A stretch of 22,904 nt of DNA, taken from the NCBI RefSeq assembly GCF_006345805.1, contig NW_021836737.1, positions 1-22,904 of the forward strand, written 5' to 3'. The notes beneath the pieces are model-generated. The model did not search any database and was not told the DNA's origin. It saw nothing but the letters and a program-made list of their open reading frames with translations. Within the stretch, counting starts at the first letter, position 1. The number at the start of each line of letters is the position of its first letter. The position numbers were made by a program, and so were the translations under genes. Source of the DNA: Octopus sinensis. Its lineage: Eukaryota. Positions 1-10,934 of the stretch are shown one piece after another.

Positions 1-189
1 CACCGTCACGGCTTCCATCTGACCAAAAGCCTGTAAATTTCCCCAACTGCATCAAAGCCTGTATTCAAGAATCGGTTTTCATAACATGTAAAGGCTGCGG
101 CTCTTCTTCAAATAATCTTCGGATACGAAGAACCTGCTATCATCATCATCATCATTTGTAATCGCACATGGACACAGTATAACCAAATT

Positions 190-503
190 ATTGTTGTTTG
201 TTACTTCTCGAGCCCTGCCTGGCTCATAGGGCCGGTTTCCCGATTTCATTGGCGTATAGGTTCTCCACCTGGACGGGACACCGGTTCGTCGGTCCGTCAG
301 AGGTGAGCTGCAAGATGCAGGAGGATAGAGTGAGAGAAAGTTGTGTCAAAAGAGTCAGCAGAAGTTCACCATTACTTTCTGCCGGAGCCGCGTGAAGCTT
401 AGGTTTTTCGCTCATAAACACACACATCACTTGGTCTGAGATTCGAACCCGCGATCCCTCGACCGCGAGTCCGCTGCTCTATCCACTAGGCCATGTGCCT
501 CCA
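190..503 (-). mobile_element. tRNA-derived SINE with MetaSINE-like 3' region
   Basis: Minus strand starts TGGAGGCACATGGCCTAGTGGATAG (A box) ... GGGTTCGAATCTC (B box). The 3' part TGTCCCGTCCAGG...GGGAAACCGGCCCTATGAGCC resembles the 3' part of the SINE at 10376-10631. Ends in an (AAC)-like tail. Confidence 0.8.
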
Positions 504-661
504 TAGCCAAATGGTGAAGCAGTTAGTTTCATAATCACGAGTCTTGTCTTCCATCTCATTACATGACATGTTGTGCAAGTGTCGTTTTTGTAGGTTCGAG
601 TCAACCCAAATCTTGAGAGTGAAATGTGTAGACGAAAATAGCAAAAAAACCTGTTGATTGG

Positions 662-706
662 ATTATACTCGTTATACCTGTAATTATACTCGTTATACCT
701 GTAATT
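662..706. repeat. 21-bp tandem duplication (ATTATACTCGTTATACCTGTA x2 plus ATT), within a probable decayed SINE fragment
   Basis: Exact direct repeat at 662-682 and 683-703. The downstream GTAATTCAAAGGACCAGCCTTGTCA resembles GTATTTCAACGGGCTACTCTTGTCA in the SINE at 11588-11884. Confidence 0.85.
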
Positions 707-823
707 CAAAGGACCAGCCTTGTCAGGTGCAATGTTTTTCTGATTCTGCTCGCTGACTGCGAAACAAGCAGCTATTTTCAGACTAGCTCAGTAAGTAGGT
801 AGTTTAGTTGAGGGAACTTACAC

Positions 824-1217
824 CTTTTACTTGTTGCAGTCATTGGACTGCGGCCATGCTTGGGTACCATATTGAAGAGTTTAGTTGAACACATCGATCC
901 CAGTACTTAAGTGTGGTATTTATTCAATCAAACATGGGTGGTAAGCAATGGTAGGGACATAAAGACACACACACACACACACACGTATAACACACACACA
1001 CACACACGTATACACACACACACGTATATACACACACACATGTACACATGACACGCTTCTTTAGATTTCAGCGAATGAAATTCATTCACGAGACTTTGGT
1101 CAGCCCTGAACTATAGTAGCAGACACATGTCCAAATTGCAAAGTAGCACCGTAATGGAATCGAACCTGGAACTATGTGGTTGGGAAGCAAACTTCTCAAA
1201 CACAACAGTACATACGC
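824..1217 (-). mobile_element. Decayed copy of SINE family A (tRNA head, internal CA/TA microsatellite, AGTAAAAG tail)
   Basis: Colinear with the young copy at 2670-3115: CTTTTACTTGTTGCAGTCATTGGACTGCGGCCATGCT ... (CA)n ... GAACCTGGAACTATGTGGTTGGGAAGCAAACTT. Confidence 0.8.
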
Positions 1218-1447
1218 TTATGTGAATATAGTTCATTTGAGGGTAAAAAAAAAAAAACTGAATACTCATCGTCGAAACTGACGAAGATCCGTTAACTTAT
1301 AAATCAACTATTTTTTCCTTCTTTTATAACCCGTCCTGTTTTTTCTTTTCTTTTTTTCCTTTTTGATTTTGCTTTCCCCATATTTTTCCTGTTTCATTTC
1401 GGCTTTTATATTGGTCGCTCTTTAATTCCTTTTCCGTTTATATATGA

Positions 1448-1675
1448 TTTTATTTTGTTCAGTCATTCGAATTTGGTCATGCCAAACCACCACTTTGTGG
1501 GGTTAATCGAACGAATCGGCACCAGTACCTATATTAATATGTCTGCTAGCACTTATTTTATTGAATCTATTTTTCCTAAAACACTAAATACAGGGAATTT
1601 GAAAGGAATCAATAACGGTTGTAAAACGGTGGAATGCAAAACCTAAACATTAAAGACACCGCATACACAGATATA
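1448..1675 (-). mobile_element. Highly decayed 3' half of SINE family A
   Basis: TTTTGTTCAGTCATTCGAATTTGGTCATGCCAAACCACC...TAATCGAACGAATCGGCACCAGTAC aligns loosely with the family A 3' end. Confidence 0.55.
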
Positions 1676-1773
1676 CAAGCGCTCGTTTACGTATTATTAA
1701 TATATAAGTTGTATTAAACAATTCACATATATTTAATATAATACTATATATTATTAATAAACAAGAAAAGTAT

Positions 1774-1865
1774 TGACAGCGACTTCGAAGTTTCGACCAG
1801 CTAAGCTTTCATCGCCGGACTGTCTGATGATGGTTTAGCAAACCCAAACTTCGAAGTTACTGTCA
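1774..1865. ncRNA. Back-to-back pair of degenerate minimal type I hammerhead ribozyme motifs (PLE type)
   Basis: Plus strand: CTGATGA (1824-1830), T, stem II GGTTT-AGC-AAACC, CAAA (G12 replaced by C), palindromic ACTTCGAAGT, T. Minus strand: GCGATGA...GAAA-CTTCGAAG-TC-GCTGTC with a GUC site. Outer arms TGACAGCGACTTCGAAGT and ACTTCGAAGTTACTGTCA are near-complementary. Confidence 0.6.
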
Positions 1866-2025
1866 GTTCCTGTTACCGAATAATAAGTTTGTACTCTATC
1901 AAGTATATCGAGAAATCCTTCACTTCAATGTAAAATTGTTTTTATTATGTGTGTGTGTTACAAATATATATATATTTTTCCGTAAACCTGCCTTCGTCTT
2001 TTGTCTATTTTCATAAAGCTTCCCG

Positions 2026-2064
2026 TTATATAATATATATATAATATATAATATATTGTATATA

Positions 2065-2116
<52 letters not shown>

Positions 2117-2201
2117 TTGTATATATCTATACATATACATGCATATGTATACATACATACATACATACATACATACATACATACATACATACATACATAC
2201 A

Positions 2202-2232
<31 letters not shown>
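2026..2232. repeat. Compound microsatellite, (TA)n then (TACA)n
   Basis: Directly visible. Confidence 0.98.
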
Positions 2233-2233
<1 letters not shown>

Positions 2234-2526
2234 GTCAATAAATTAAATATAGATGTAATTGATAATCTAATAATTTATTTTTATAATATATTAAATATAC
2301 TATGAATATAATATGATACATGATGACATTAAAAAATCATTAAAAAACCAAAAGAGCCAACAATTTGTTTCGACATGTATACATTATTTGATTTATAAAC
2401 AATTCATATCCATGTATATAAGTCTCCTTATGATTTTGGTTCAAAATTCCGCGTGAAAGAGCTGGATTGTAAAACTTTTTTTTACAATCCAGGCGTCCTT
2501 TCACACGGAATTTCGTCTGCCTTTTG

Positions 2527-2626
2527 AACCAAAGCTCTGAAGAGACTTATATATATATATGTATACAAATTGTTTATAAATCAAATAATGTATATAAGTC
2601 GAAACAAAGTGTTGTCTCATTTGGTT
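2527..2626 (+). ncRNA. Type I hammerhead ribozyme-like motif (canonical core, damaged proximal stem I)
   Basis: CTGAAGA at 2537-2543; 10-bp stem II GACTTATATA/TATATAAGTC (2544-2553/2591-2600); GAAA at 2601-2604; stem III ACAA-AGTG-TTGT; GUC site at 2614-2616; distal stem I AACCAAA/TTTGGTT, with the 3 proximal pairs mismatched. Confidence 0.7.
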
Positions 2627-2669
2627 TTTTAATGACTTTTTATGTTATCTTATATTATATTCATAGTAT

Positions 2670-2889
2670 CTCTTTTTTTACTCTTTTACTTGTTTCAGTC
2701 ATTTGACTGCGCCATGCTGGAGCACCGCCTTTAGTCGAGCAAATCGACCCCGGGACTTATTGTAAGCCCAGTACTTATTCTATCGGTCTCTTTTGCCGAC
2801 CCGCTAAGTGACGGGGACGTACACACACCAGCATCGGTTGTCAAGCAATGCTAGGGGGACAAACACAGACACACAAACATACACACACA

Positions 2890-2939
<50 letters not shown>

Positions 2940-3115
2940 CATACATATATACGACAGGCTTCTTTCAGTTTCCGTCTATCAAATCCACTCACAAGGCATT
3001 GGTCGGCCCGGGGCTATAGCAGAAGACACTTGCCCAAGATGCCACGCAGTGGGACTGAACCCGGAACCATGTGGTTGGTAAGCAAGCTACTTACCACACA
3101 GCCACTCCTGCGCCT
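2670..3115 (-). mobile_element. Young, full-length SINE family A (octopus-type tRNA-derived SINE)
   Basis: Minus strand: AGGCGCAGGAGTGGCTGTGTGGTAAG (A box), GGGTTCAGTCCC (B box), CORE-like GGCATCTTGGGCAAGTGTC, internal (TA)/(TG) tract, 3' CAGTCAAATGACTG hairpin and AGTAAAAG tail. Near-identical to 4391-4799 and 15517-15932. Confidence 0.95.
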
Positions 3116-3292
3116 TATATTATGTTACATTATAATATAAATAAATTGTTAGATTGTCGATTGAACCTCTCTGTTTAATTTATTTTTTGTAATTTGCATT
3201 ATACCCATATTTCTGTGGTACTCAACTAACGTAGCATTAGATGCTTTACACACCCCTTTGAAGGAATTCCTTTCCTTAGTTTGTTACTTTTA

Positions 3293-4052
3293 TACATACA
3301 TGTATATATATACATGTACATCCATGTATATATACATATATGTATATATAATTAAGTATACATGCTTGCCTACATACATACAATACAATACAATACAATA
3401 CATACAAACATACATACAATACATACAAACATACTACATACATACATACATACATAAATACGTACATACATACATACATATATACATGCATACGTACATA
3501 CATACATACATTCATACATACATACATGCATACATACATACATACATATATACACACATACATACATACACACATACATACATACATACATACATACATA
3601 CATACATACATACATACCTACATACATACATACATACATTCATACATACATACATGCATATATACATACATACAAACATACATACAATACATACAAACAT
3701 ACATACATACATACATACATACATAAATACGTACATACATACATACATTCATACATACATACATGCATATATACATACATACAAACATACATACAATACA
3801 TACAAACATACATACATACACACATACATACATAAATACGTACATACATACATACATATATACATGCATACGTACATACATACATACATTCATACATACA
3901 TACATGCATATATACATACATACATACATAAATACGTACATACATTCATACATACATACATGCATATATACATACATACATACATACATACGTACATACA
4001 TACATACATACATACATACATACGTACATACATACATGCATGCATGCATACC
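3293..4052. repeat. Long imperfect (TACA)n microsatellite with higher-order variant blocks
   Basis: Directly visible; recurring variants ATAAATACGT, TACATGCA and ACATTCAT. Confidence 0.98.
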
Positions 4053-4315
4053 TACAAGATGGTCACTCTCGTTGATTTCGATGATTGATTGTTTGAAGAA
4101 GATTTAGATACAAGGAAAGAAGGAGAGAGAAAAATAAGAAAACAATAACTCTAAAAACAAAAAGAAGCTGCATCTCTTTGCGATGGATCCGTGATTGTAA
4201 CTTTGAGTCCCGGTATGGGTTTTGCTATGAAATCCCAATGGAGGTCAATGATGATTTTTGATTTTGCCTGCGATTGGACAATTGTGCCTGTTGATGATAA
4301 CACAATATAACTGTT

Positions 4316-6950
4316 TCATTGTTGTGTCTTCAAGTCTAATGTATGAGAAATCAAAGCGCAGTCATCAACAAACGGAAAATCACTTACAATAGGGGCAGGA
4401 GTGGCTGTGTGGTAAAGTAGCATGCTAACCAACCACATGGTTCCGGTTTCAGTCCCACTGCGTGGCATCTTGGGCAAAGTGTCTTCTGCTATAGCCCCGG
4501 ACCGACCAATGCCTTGTGAGTGGATTTGGTAGACGGAAACTGAAAGAAGCCTGTCGTATATATGTATATGTATATATATGTGTGTATGTGTTTGTGTGTC
4601 TGTGTTTGTTCCCCTAGCATTGCTTGACAACCGATGCTGGCGTGTTTACGTCCCCGTCACTTAGCGGTTCGGCAAAAAGAGACCCATAGAATAAGTACTG
4701 GGCTTACAAAGAATAAGTCCCGGGGTCGATTTGCTCGACTAAAGGCGGTGCTCCAGCATGGCCGCAGTCAAATGACTGAAACAAGTAAAGAAAAAAAAAT
4801 CTCTTCCTTGATCTTTGTCTTTGATCTGAAATTTGTCCTTTTAGGTTTAGTAGACCGCCTTCTGTGCGAAACTGGCATGTCGGAGCATCTTTGAAAATAT
4901 GGAAAAAGTGCGTGAGCTAAAACACAGCCCTGTTTGGTTCCAATTGCAACAGAAAATGCCTCTCAACAACGATAGTTAGATATCACTGTTGCCATCATTT
5001 CTTTATGCAGTGATACTATTACTCATCATTTTATGAAGAAGACCAACTTTTAAAAAAAAATTTTCCAGAACGCCTCACGATTCATTGTGTCAAAAGCTTG
5101 GTCAAGCCGACAAAGACCATGTACAAGTCAGTGTTTCGTTCATGTGCTTTCTCTTGGCCTTATTGAAGAGCAAATATCATGTCAACTCTGGCTCTCCCAG
5201 CCTGAAATCGACATTGGGATTCAAAATATATGCTGTCTACTACATGTTCCTTGATGCGGTAAAGGATAACCCTCGCAAGAAAATTTTCCAGCTGTGCACA
5301 ACAAAATTATTCAACTGCGATTATCACATACACTTTTCCTCCTCTTTTTTTTTTGTACAAATGCTTATAGATGTATCTTTGAACAGTTGGGGAACAGATC
5401 CAGTTTCCCTGATCAAACAATTTGCGCAGCCTTCTTACAAATTGTCTACCCCCATGTTTGTAAACTTCTATGGCAATACCACCCTGTCCGGGAGCTTTAC
5501 CATTGGAATATTCTTTTTTAATAGCAGTGCTTATCTCTTCCAAGGAAGGATCTTTCGCAAGTTTCTCAGTTGTAATCTTCTGAAGGATTTCATTGATTAC
5601 TTCAGCATTAGAAGTGGATTCTTGATTTAATACGGATTTTAATTGTTCAGTTCATCTTTTCAGAATTTCATCTTTGTTATTTAAGAGTTTTGGCCCATCA
5701 TTAGAAAGAATAGATTCCGTACTAGCCTTTTTTGGACCAAATACACCTTTCAGATTGTCATATAATGATCTCAAATTGTGAGAGTTAGCGGAATGTACCA
5801 ATTCTCCGGCTTTTTCTCCCCACCTAGAATTTTTTATCTCATGCAGTTTTTTCTGAGCAATTTTCTTTGATGAGATTATTAGGGATCTGAGTGATGGTGA
5901 GTTTTTGGTCGAGATCCATGACTGGTGTCTATTGTATACAGATTCTAGGATAGGTTTGATTTGGAAATCTTTTTCATCAAGCCAATCTTGGTACTTGCGT
6001 TTGACGAATCCTAGAACTTCAGCGGTTGATTTGATGCTGTCACGAATATTATGCCACAAAAAGTCAGGATCATTGCTTTCCTCAATGTTCCAAAGCCTTA
6101 AATTTAGAAGCATTTAAACATATTTTGTCGTTTCAGGAGTTTTGTTAAAGAAGACACGAATCTCAGAGGTCTCTTTGTATACGGTTTAACAAATATCTTA
6201 CTGCAAGCCATCCCGTGGTCCGAGTAACAATCGGGAGTTTTGTGAGCCTCAGTTAATCTGAAATCACTACAATCTTTGCTCTTCGTTATGATAAATTCAA
6301 GCATGTGTCAGTTACCAGGTAGAGGATGCTTCCAGATGTTTTTATATTTATCTGCCTGCAGAAACACGGTGTTTGTGATTGTTAGATCGAACTGTTGACA
6401 ATGACAGCAGTCGTAACCCGCTTGCATTTATCTTTCCTGTTCCAAGTTTTCTTATTACTTTTGACAACATTGTATAATTGTTACCTCTTATGACATCGAA
6501 ATCGTTCATCTGTATGACTCTGTCATGGAATGGAATTTTATTAACAACTGTCTGCAATTTGGAATAGACGCTGTATTCTTCTTCGGATGCTAGTAAAGTA
6601 GGTGCATACACACTGTTAATGTACAAAGTTAGGAATTACCTATGGGTATACGGAATGTCATGAGGCTCTCAACAGCTTGAGGGATAGACGGCAACTTGAG
6701 AAGTAGTCAGGTTAATAACAAAGCCAACACCATGAATTCTTGGTTCATCTGCCGGCTTTACCCGCCAAAACAACGTACAGCCACTTCCAACTCCTTTTAA
6801 TTCACCAGTGTCTGTAAACCTGGTTTCACTTAAAACAACAATATCAATATTATAGGAACCGATTATCTTTGCAGTTAATGTTGTTTTTCCTTCTAGACTG
6901 CCTTTGCTGTCTTGTAAAGTCCTTACATTCCAACAACCAAAGATCGACAT
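4316..6950 (-). pseudogene. Disrupted APE endonuclease + reverse transcriptase ORF of an RTE LINE
   Basis: APE: GCWNVRTL, NIDIVVLSETRF, HGVGFVI, SVYAPT, DCYSDH. Linker: KYQDWLDEKD, LKGVFGP, LLNNKDEILKRW-like. RT: GKAPG..IAIEVYKHGG, ESQCRFQAGR..DMIF, MVFVGLTKAFDT, KQGCVLA, IVSDFPFVDDCALISH. Many frameshifts and stops. Confidence 0.93.
4391..4799 (+). mobile_element. Young SINE family A inserted into the RTE RT domain
   Basis: AGGGGCAGGAGTGGCTGTGTGGTAAAG ... CAGTCAAATGACTGAAACAAGTAAAG(A)n. The RTE reading ...SKTKIKEE | IVSDFPFVDD resumes across it. Confidence 0.95.
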
Positions 6951-7284
6951 GGTTCTTTTATTTTCCTTATATTTATCTCGACTGCAATAAACTGGGTCGC
7001 TAGACATCCGCAGTTAATGCCGAGCTTATTGAAGGCAACACTTTTTTTTAGGGTTCCTTTTCTCACCCCCGTCTCCAATATCGGAGAAGCAATGTTACGC
7101 CAAGATAGGACAGCTTGCCACACAAAAGAGGACATGAATCTTGCAGGACCTTTCGGATTCCACAAAGAGACAGCCACCACCCTCTGTGTCGTCTATGTGT
7201 GAGACTCTGGCTCGATCCGGATCTATTGTAGAGGACACTCAGGGAAACGCAGAGTGTAAATGAAGCCGAAACCTCGTAACCACG

Positions 7285-8632
7285 TAACATTTTTCTTACA
7301 TACTCTTTCTTTTCTTATAATGCTGTTTTTTATTCTCTTCGTTTATTTTCTTTGTTACAATGTTCTAGTCTCTTTCATTCACATTTATACCATAAATCTT
7401 TCTTCCTTCTTTCAATCATTTTTTCTCCTTATCATCTTTTCCATATTTCTCTATCCTTTCATTTTCATTTTCTTTCACTTTCATTCTTTCATTTATTTTA
7501 GTTTTTCTTGCCTTTCGTTCTTATTATTTCTGCTTTTCCTCCATATTGTCCCTTCACTATTTTTATTCTTCTGTCTTCTTTCCTTCTCCCATTTCGTTAT
7601 CTTTTACCCAAGTATGATTCTTTTTCTTTTTCATACCCTAATCTTTTCTTTCCACTTTCATTCACTTTTATTTTTATTTATTTATTTATTTATTTATTTC
7701 GTTTCTTTTTCTTCTTCATTCATTCAATTTCCTTTTCTACTTACATTCCCTTTTTGTCAGTTTTCTTTCATCCACTTTTCTCTCCTTCCATCGTTCATTC
7801 ACCTTCCTCTTCCTTCCTTCTTTCCACCACTTTCCTTTTACCTTCTTCTTGTCTTCCATTTTCCATTAACTTTTCTACCCCCGCTGTCTTTCATTCGCTT
7901 ATTGCTTCATTCTGCTTTTTCTTCGACATTTTTCTTCTTACACCCTTTTCTTCTACATTTTCTTTTTCACACCCCATTCTTTTCTTTCCACTTTCATTCA
8001 CTTTTATTTTTATTTATTTATTTCGTTTCTTTTTCTTCTTCATTCATTCAATTTCCTTTTCTACTTTCATTCCCTTTTTACCAGTTTTCTTTCATCCACT
8101 TTTCTCTCCTTCCATCGTTCATTCACCTTCCTCTTCCTTCCTTCTTTCCACCACTTTCCTTTTACCTTCTTCTTGTCTTCCATTTTGCTTTAACTTCTCT
8201 ACCCCGCTGTCTTTCATTCGCTTATTGCTTCATTCTGCTTTTTCTTCAACATTTTTCTTCTTACACCCCTTTTCTTCTACATATTATTTTTCATTCACCT
8301 CCCTAACCTTCATTCTTTCATTTGCATTTCTACTTATTCTTTTATTCTTTTGCCTTACTCCTTCTCCTTTCATTTATATTCCTCTTCCTTTCTCTCCTCC
8401 ACTCACTCTTCTCTTTTACTGTTTATCCTGTTTACCTTTCTCACATTTCTCAACATTTAACATTCGCTTCTTCCTTTGTCTTACATATATTTCCTTTCCT
8501 TCTTTTTATTCCTCATTTACTCGCTTTCATCTTTTGTTTCTTCATCACATTTCTTCTTCTTTTTCCACCTTTAAAAATATCTCTCTCTCTCGCTCTCCCC
8601 CTCCCTCCCTCTCTCTCTCTCTCTCTCTCTCT
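7285..8632. repeat. Polypyrimidine low-complexity tract ending in (CT)n
   Basis: The plus strand is overwhelmingly T/C and nearly devoid of G for about 1.3 kb. Confidence 0.95.
7625..8295. repeat. Two-copy tandem duplication, unit ~325-336 bp
   Basis: TCTTTTCTTTCCACTTTCATTCAC starts at 7642 and at 7978; the copies differ mainly in (ATTT)n length and scattered substitutions. Confidence 0.9.
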
Positions 8633-8859
8633 ATCTGTTTCACTCGCATTCTGCGTACTTTTATTTCTTCTTATATGTTCATTGGTTCATTGATCTTCCT
8701 TCATTTTCCTATTTATTTTTTTACGTTTTTGTTTTACTTTCCTCACTCAAAACTTTATTCATTAATTCAAATTTACGCAAACGGCCATAATTTGATATTC
8801 ATGTATTCATTTATTGTCAATAATCGATTATTGTATGTAGATGTACTACGCGCAAACCT

Positions 8860-9432
<573 letters not shown>

Positions 9433-9917
9433 TAAACACATCATACTTAATGATTGGATGGATACACATCTTTGATTGAAAGTCAGGAAACATTAATCAT
9501 ATGCAACAAAATATAAAATAAATTGAGAAAATATTAATCATGTATACGCGTGTTTTTGTGCGTAGATATATTTAGGTGTATGTGTGTACCATGGTGTTAT
9601 AACTAACACCCCAAAAAAATATTTAAGCATACACAATATATTATATGTAATACATGTGTAAACAACAGTTTGAAAGCGAAAATGAGCAAGAGAACTTCTC
9701 ATGGAAAGAGGGTGATGTAGATATTGCTTGTCGGAAAAATAGGCTAAACATTTTCACAATAGGATGTTTGCGTGTCTCTCTCTCTCCCGAAACTGAGATA
9801 TGAAAATGTCCGTTCAATATAAACAAAATAGGAACATCATATATTTAATTTGTAATTAATAATGAATAACAATATAACTCGGTGTAAAATAAAATATGGG
9901 AACAAACAATTTAAGAT

Positions 9918-10325
9918 TTATGTATGTATGTGTGCATGCATGCATGTATGTATGTATGTATGTATGTATGTATGTATGTATGTATGTATGTATGTATGGA
10001 CGGATCGATGGATGGATGGATCTATGTATGTATGTATGTATATATGTATGTATGTATGTATGGACGGATCGATGGATGGATGGATCTATGTATGTATGTA
10101 TGTATATATGTATGTATGTATGTATGTGTATGTATGTATGTATGTACGTATGTATGTATGTATGTACGTATGTATGTATGTATTTATGTATGTACGTATG
10201 TATGTATGTATGTACGTATGTATGTATGTATGTATTTATGTATGAATGTATGTATGTATGTATGTATGTATGTATTTATGTATGTATGCACACACATTAA
10301 TATATGTGCATGCATGTATATATAA
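9918..10325. repeat. (TATG)n microsatellite containing a 64-bp duplicated block with TGGACGGATCGATGGATGGATGGATC
   Basis: The block starts at 9997 and again at 10061. Confidence 0.97.
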
Positions 10326-10375
10326 ATGTAATATCCATGGATCGAGGTGTAGGGAGAAAGTTAGCTTCAAGCAAT

Positions 10376-10631
10376 CCGTCATCATGCGTCCTTATAAAGC
10401 CTAGCCAGGATAATGGGCCCGTTTTCCCGGTTTCTATGGCGTATGTGTTCCCCATCTGGACGGGACGCCAGTCCATTGCAGCGTTGCTCATTTTTGACAG
10501 CTGAGTGGACTGGAGCAACGTGAAATGAAGTGTTTTGCTCAAGAACACAACGCGTCGCCCGGTCCAGGAATCGAAACCACAATCTTACGATCATGATCCT
10601 GACACCCTAACCACTAAGCCATGCACTTTCA
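10376..10631 (-). mobile_element. tRNA-derived SINE family B (MetaSINE-like central and 3' domain)
   Basis: Minus strand: TGGCTTAGTGGTTAGG (A box), GGTTTCGATTCC (B box), GTGTTCTTGAGCAAAACACTTCATTTCACGTTGCTCC, GCAATGGACTGGCGTCCCGTCCAG, (TGA)n-like tail. Confidence 0.88.
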
Positions 10632-10934
10632 CAACCAATCCGTAGTTAATATAAAAAGAAACAACTTTCAGGGACAATAATTGTATATTGAGGTAGTGGG
10701 TTTTTTTCGTATCGAAGAACGATAAACTGAAATTTCTGATTAAACCTTCCATGTGTTAACATGGACCGCCCTGCGGCAATGACAACTTTCATTTAATCAA
10801 GATATTCTTGGCCTGACGAGCAATCCGGGGTATACACCTCGCTTGGATATTTACCACTTCTGAGCTCCCACTCGCTATGAAACATATGTATCCCTTATCT
10901 TATCTACTCCATTCCGTAACTCTTGTATATGTAT

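Larger units (their letters stand above)
2238..3190. mobile_element. Foldback (inverted-repeat) element carrying HHR-like motifs; right arm split by a SINE
   Basis: Left arm ~2238-2474 is the imperfect reverse complement of 2480-2669 plus 3116-3190. Examples: CTGGATTGTAAAA/TTTTACAATCCAG; ACATTATTTGATTTATAAACAATT/AATTGTTTATAAATCAAATAATGT; ATACTATGAAT/ATTCATAGTAT; AATAAATTAAA/TTTAATTTATT. Confidence 0.8.
4316..7256 (-). mobile_element. RTE-clade (BovB-like) LINE, decayed; 5' region retained, 3' end missing
   Basis: Ordered minus-strand fragments of an APE endonuclease, linker and RT (see pseudogene entry), preceded by a ~300-bp GC-richer putative 5' UTR (6951-7256). The exact 5' boundary is approximate. 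Confidence 0.93.

Noticed and set aside
1-58. Minus-strand peptide ALMQLGKFTGFWSDGSRDG after an AG, reminiscent of a MORN repeat exon
   Set aside because: Only 19 aa, weak acceptor, cut by the window edge; cannot be distinguished from chance without upstream sequence or a search.
430-503. tRNA-like sequences with A and B boxes (also at 10570-10631, 10935-11000 and in family A heads)
   Set aside because: These are SINE heads: no complete cloverleaf or acceptor stem, and they continue into SINE bodies.
1278-1284. Isolated CTGACGA (also at 10813-10819) and CTGATGA (11106-11112)
   Set aside because: No stem II followed by GAAA, or no NUH site with a closable stem I; such heptamers are expected by chance.
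2026-4107. ORFs rich in YI, HTYI or MYVC repeats (also at 8817-10325, 16073-16348 and 22237-22803)
   Set aside because: They are translations of (TA)n, (TACA)n and (TATG)n microsatellites, which lack stop codons in some frames.
6951-7256. Possible HDV-like ribozyme in the RTE 5' UTR (some RTE elements carry one); a CACTC...GAGTG hairpin and GTCCTC motifs are present
   Set aside because: I could not assemble a nested double pseudoknot with P1, P2, P3 and the catalytic C by eye; this needs an RNArobo or Infernal search on the family consensus.
9997-10124. Repeat-spacer-like pattern resembling a CRISPR array (also 662-706)
   Set aside because: Only two units with microsatellite spacers, in a eukaryotic context with no cas genes.
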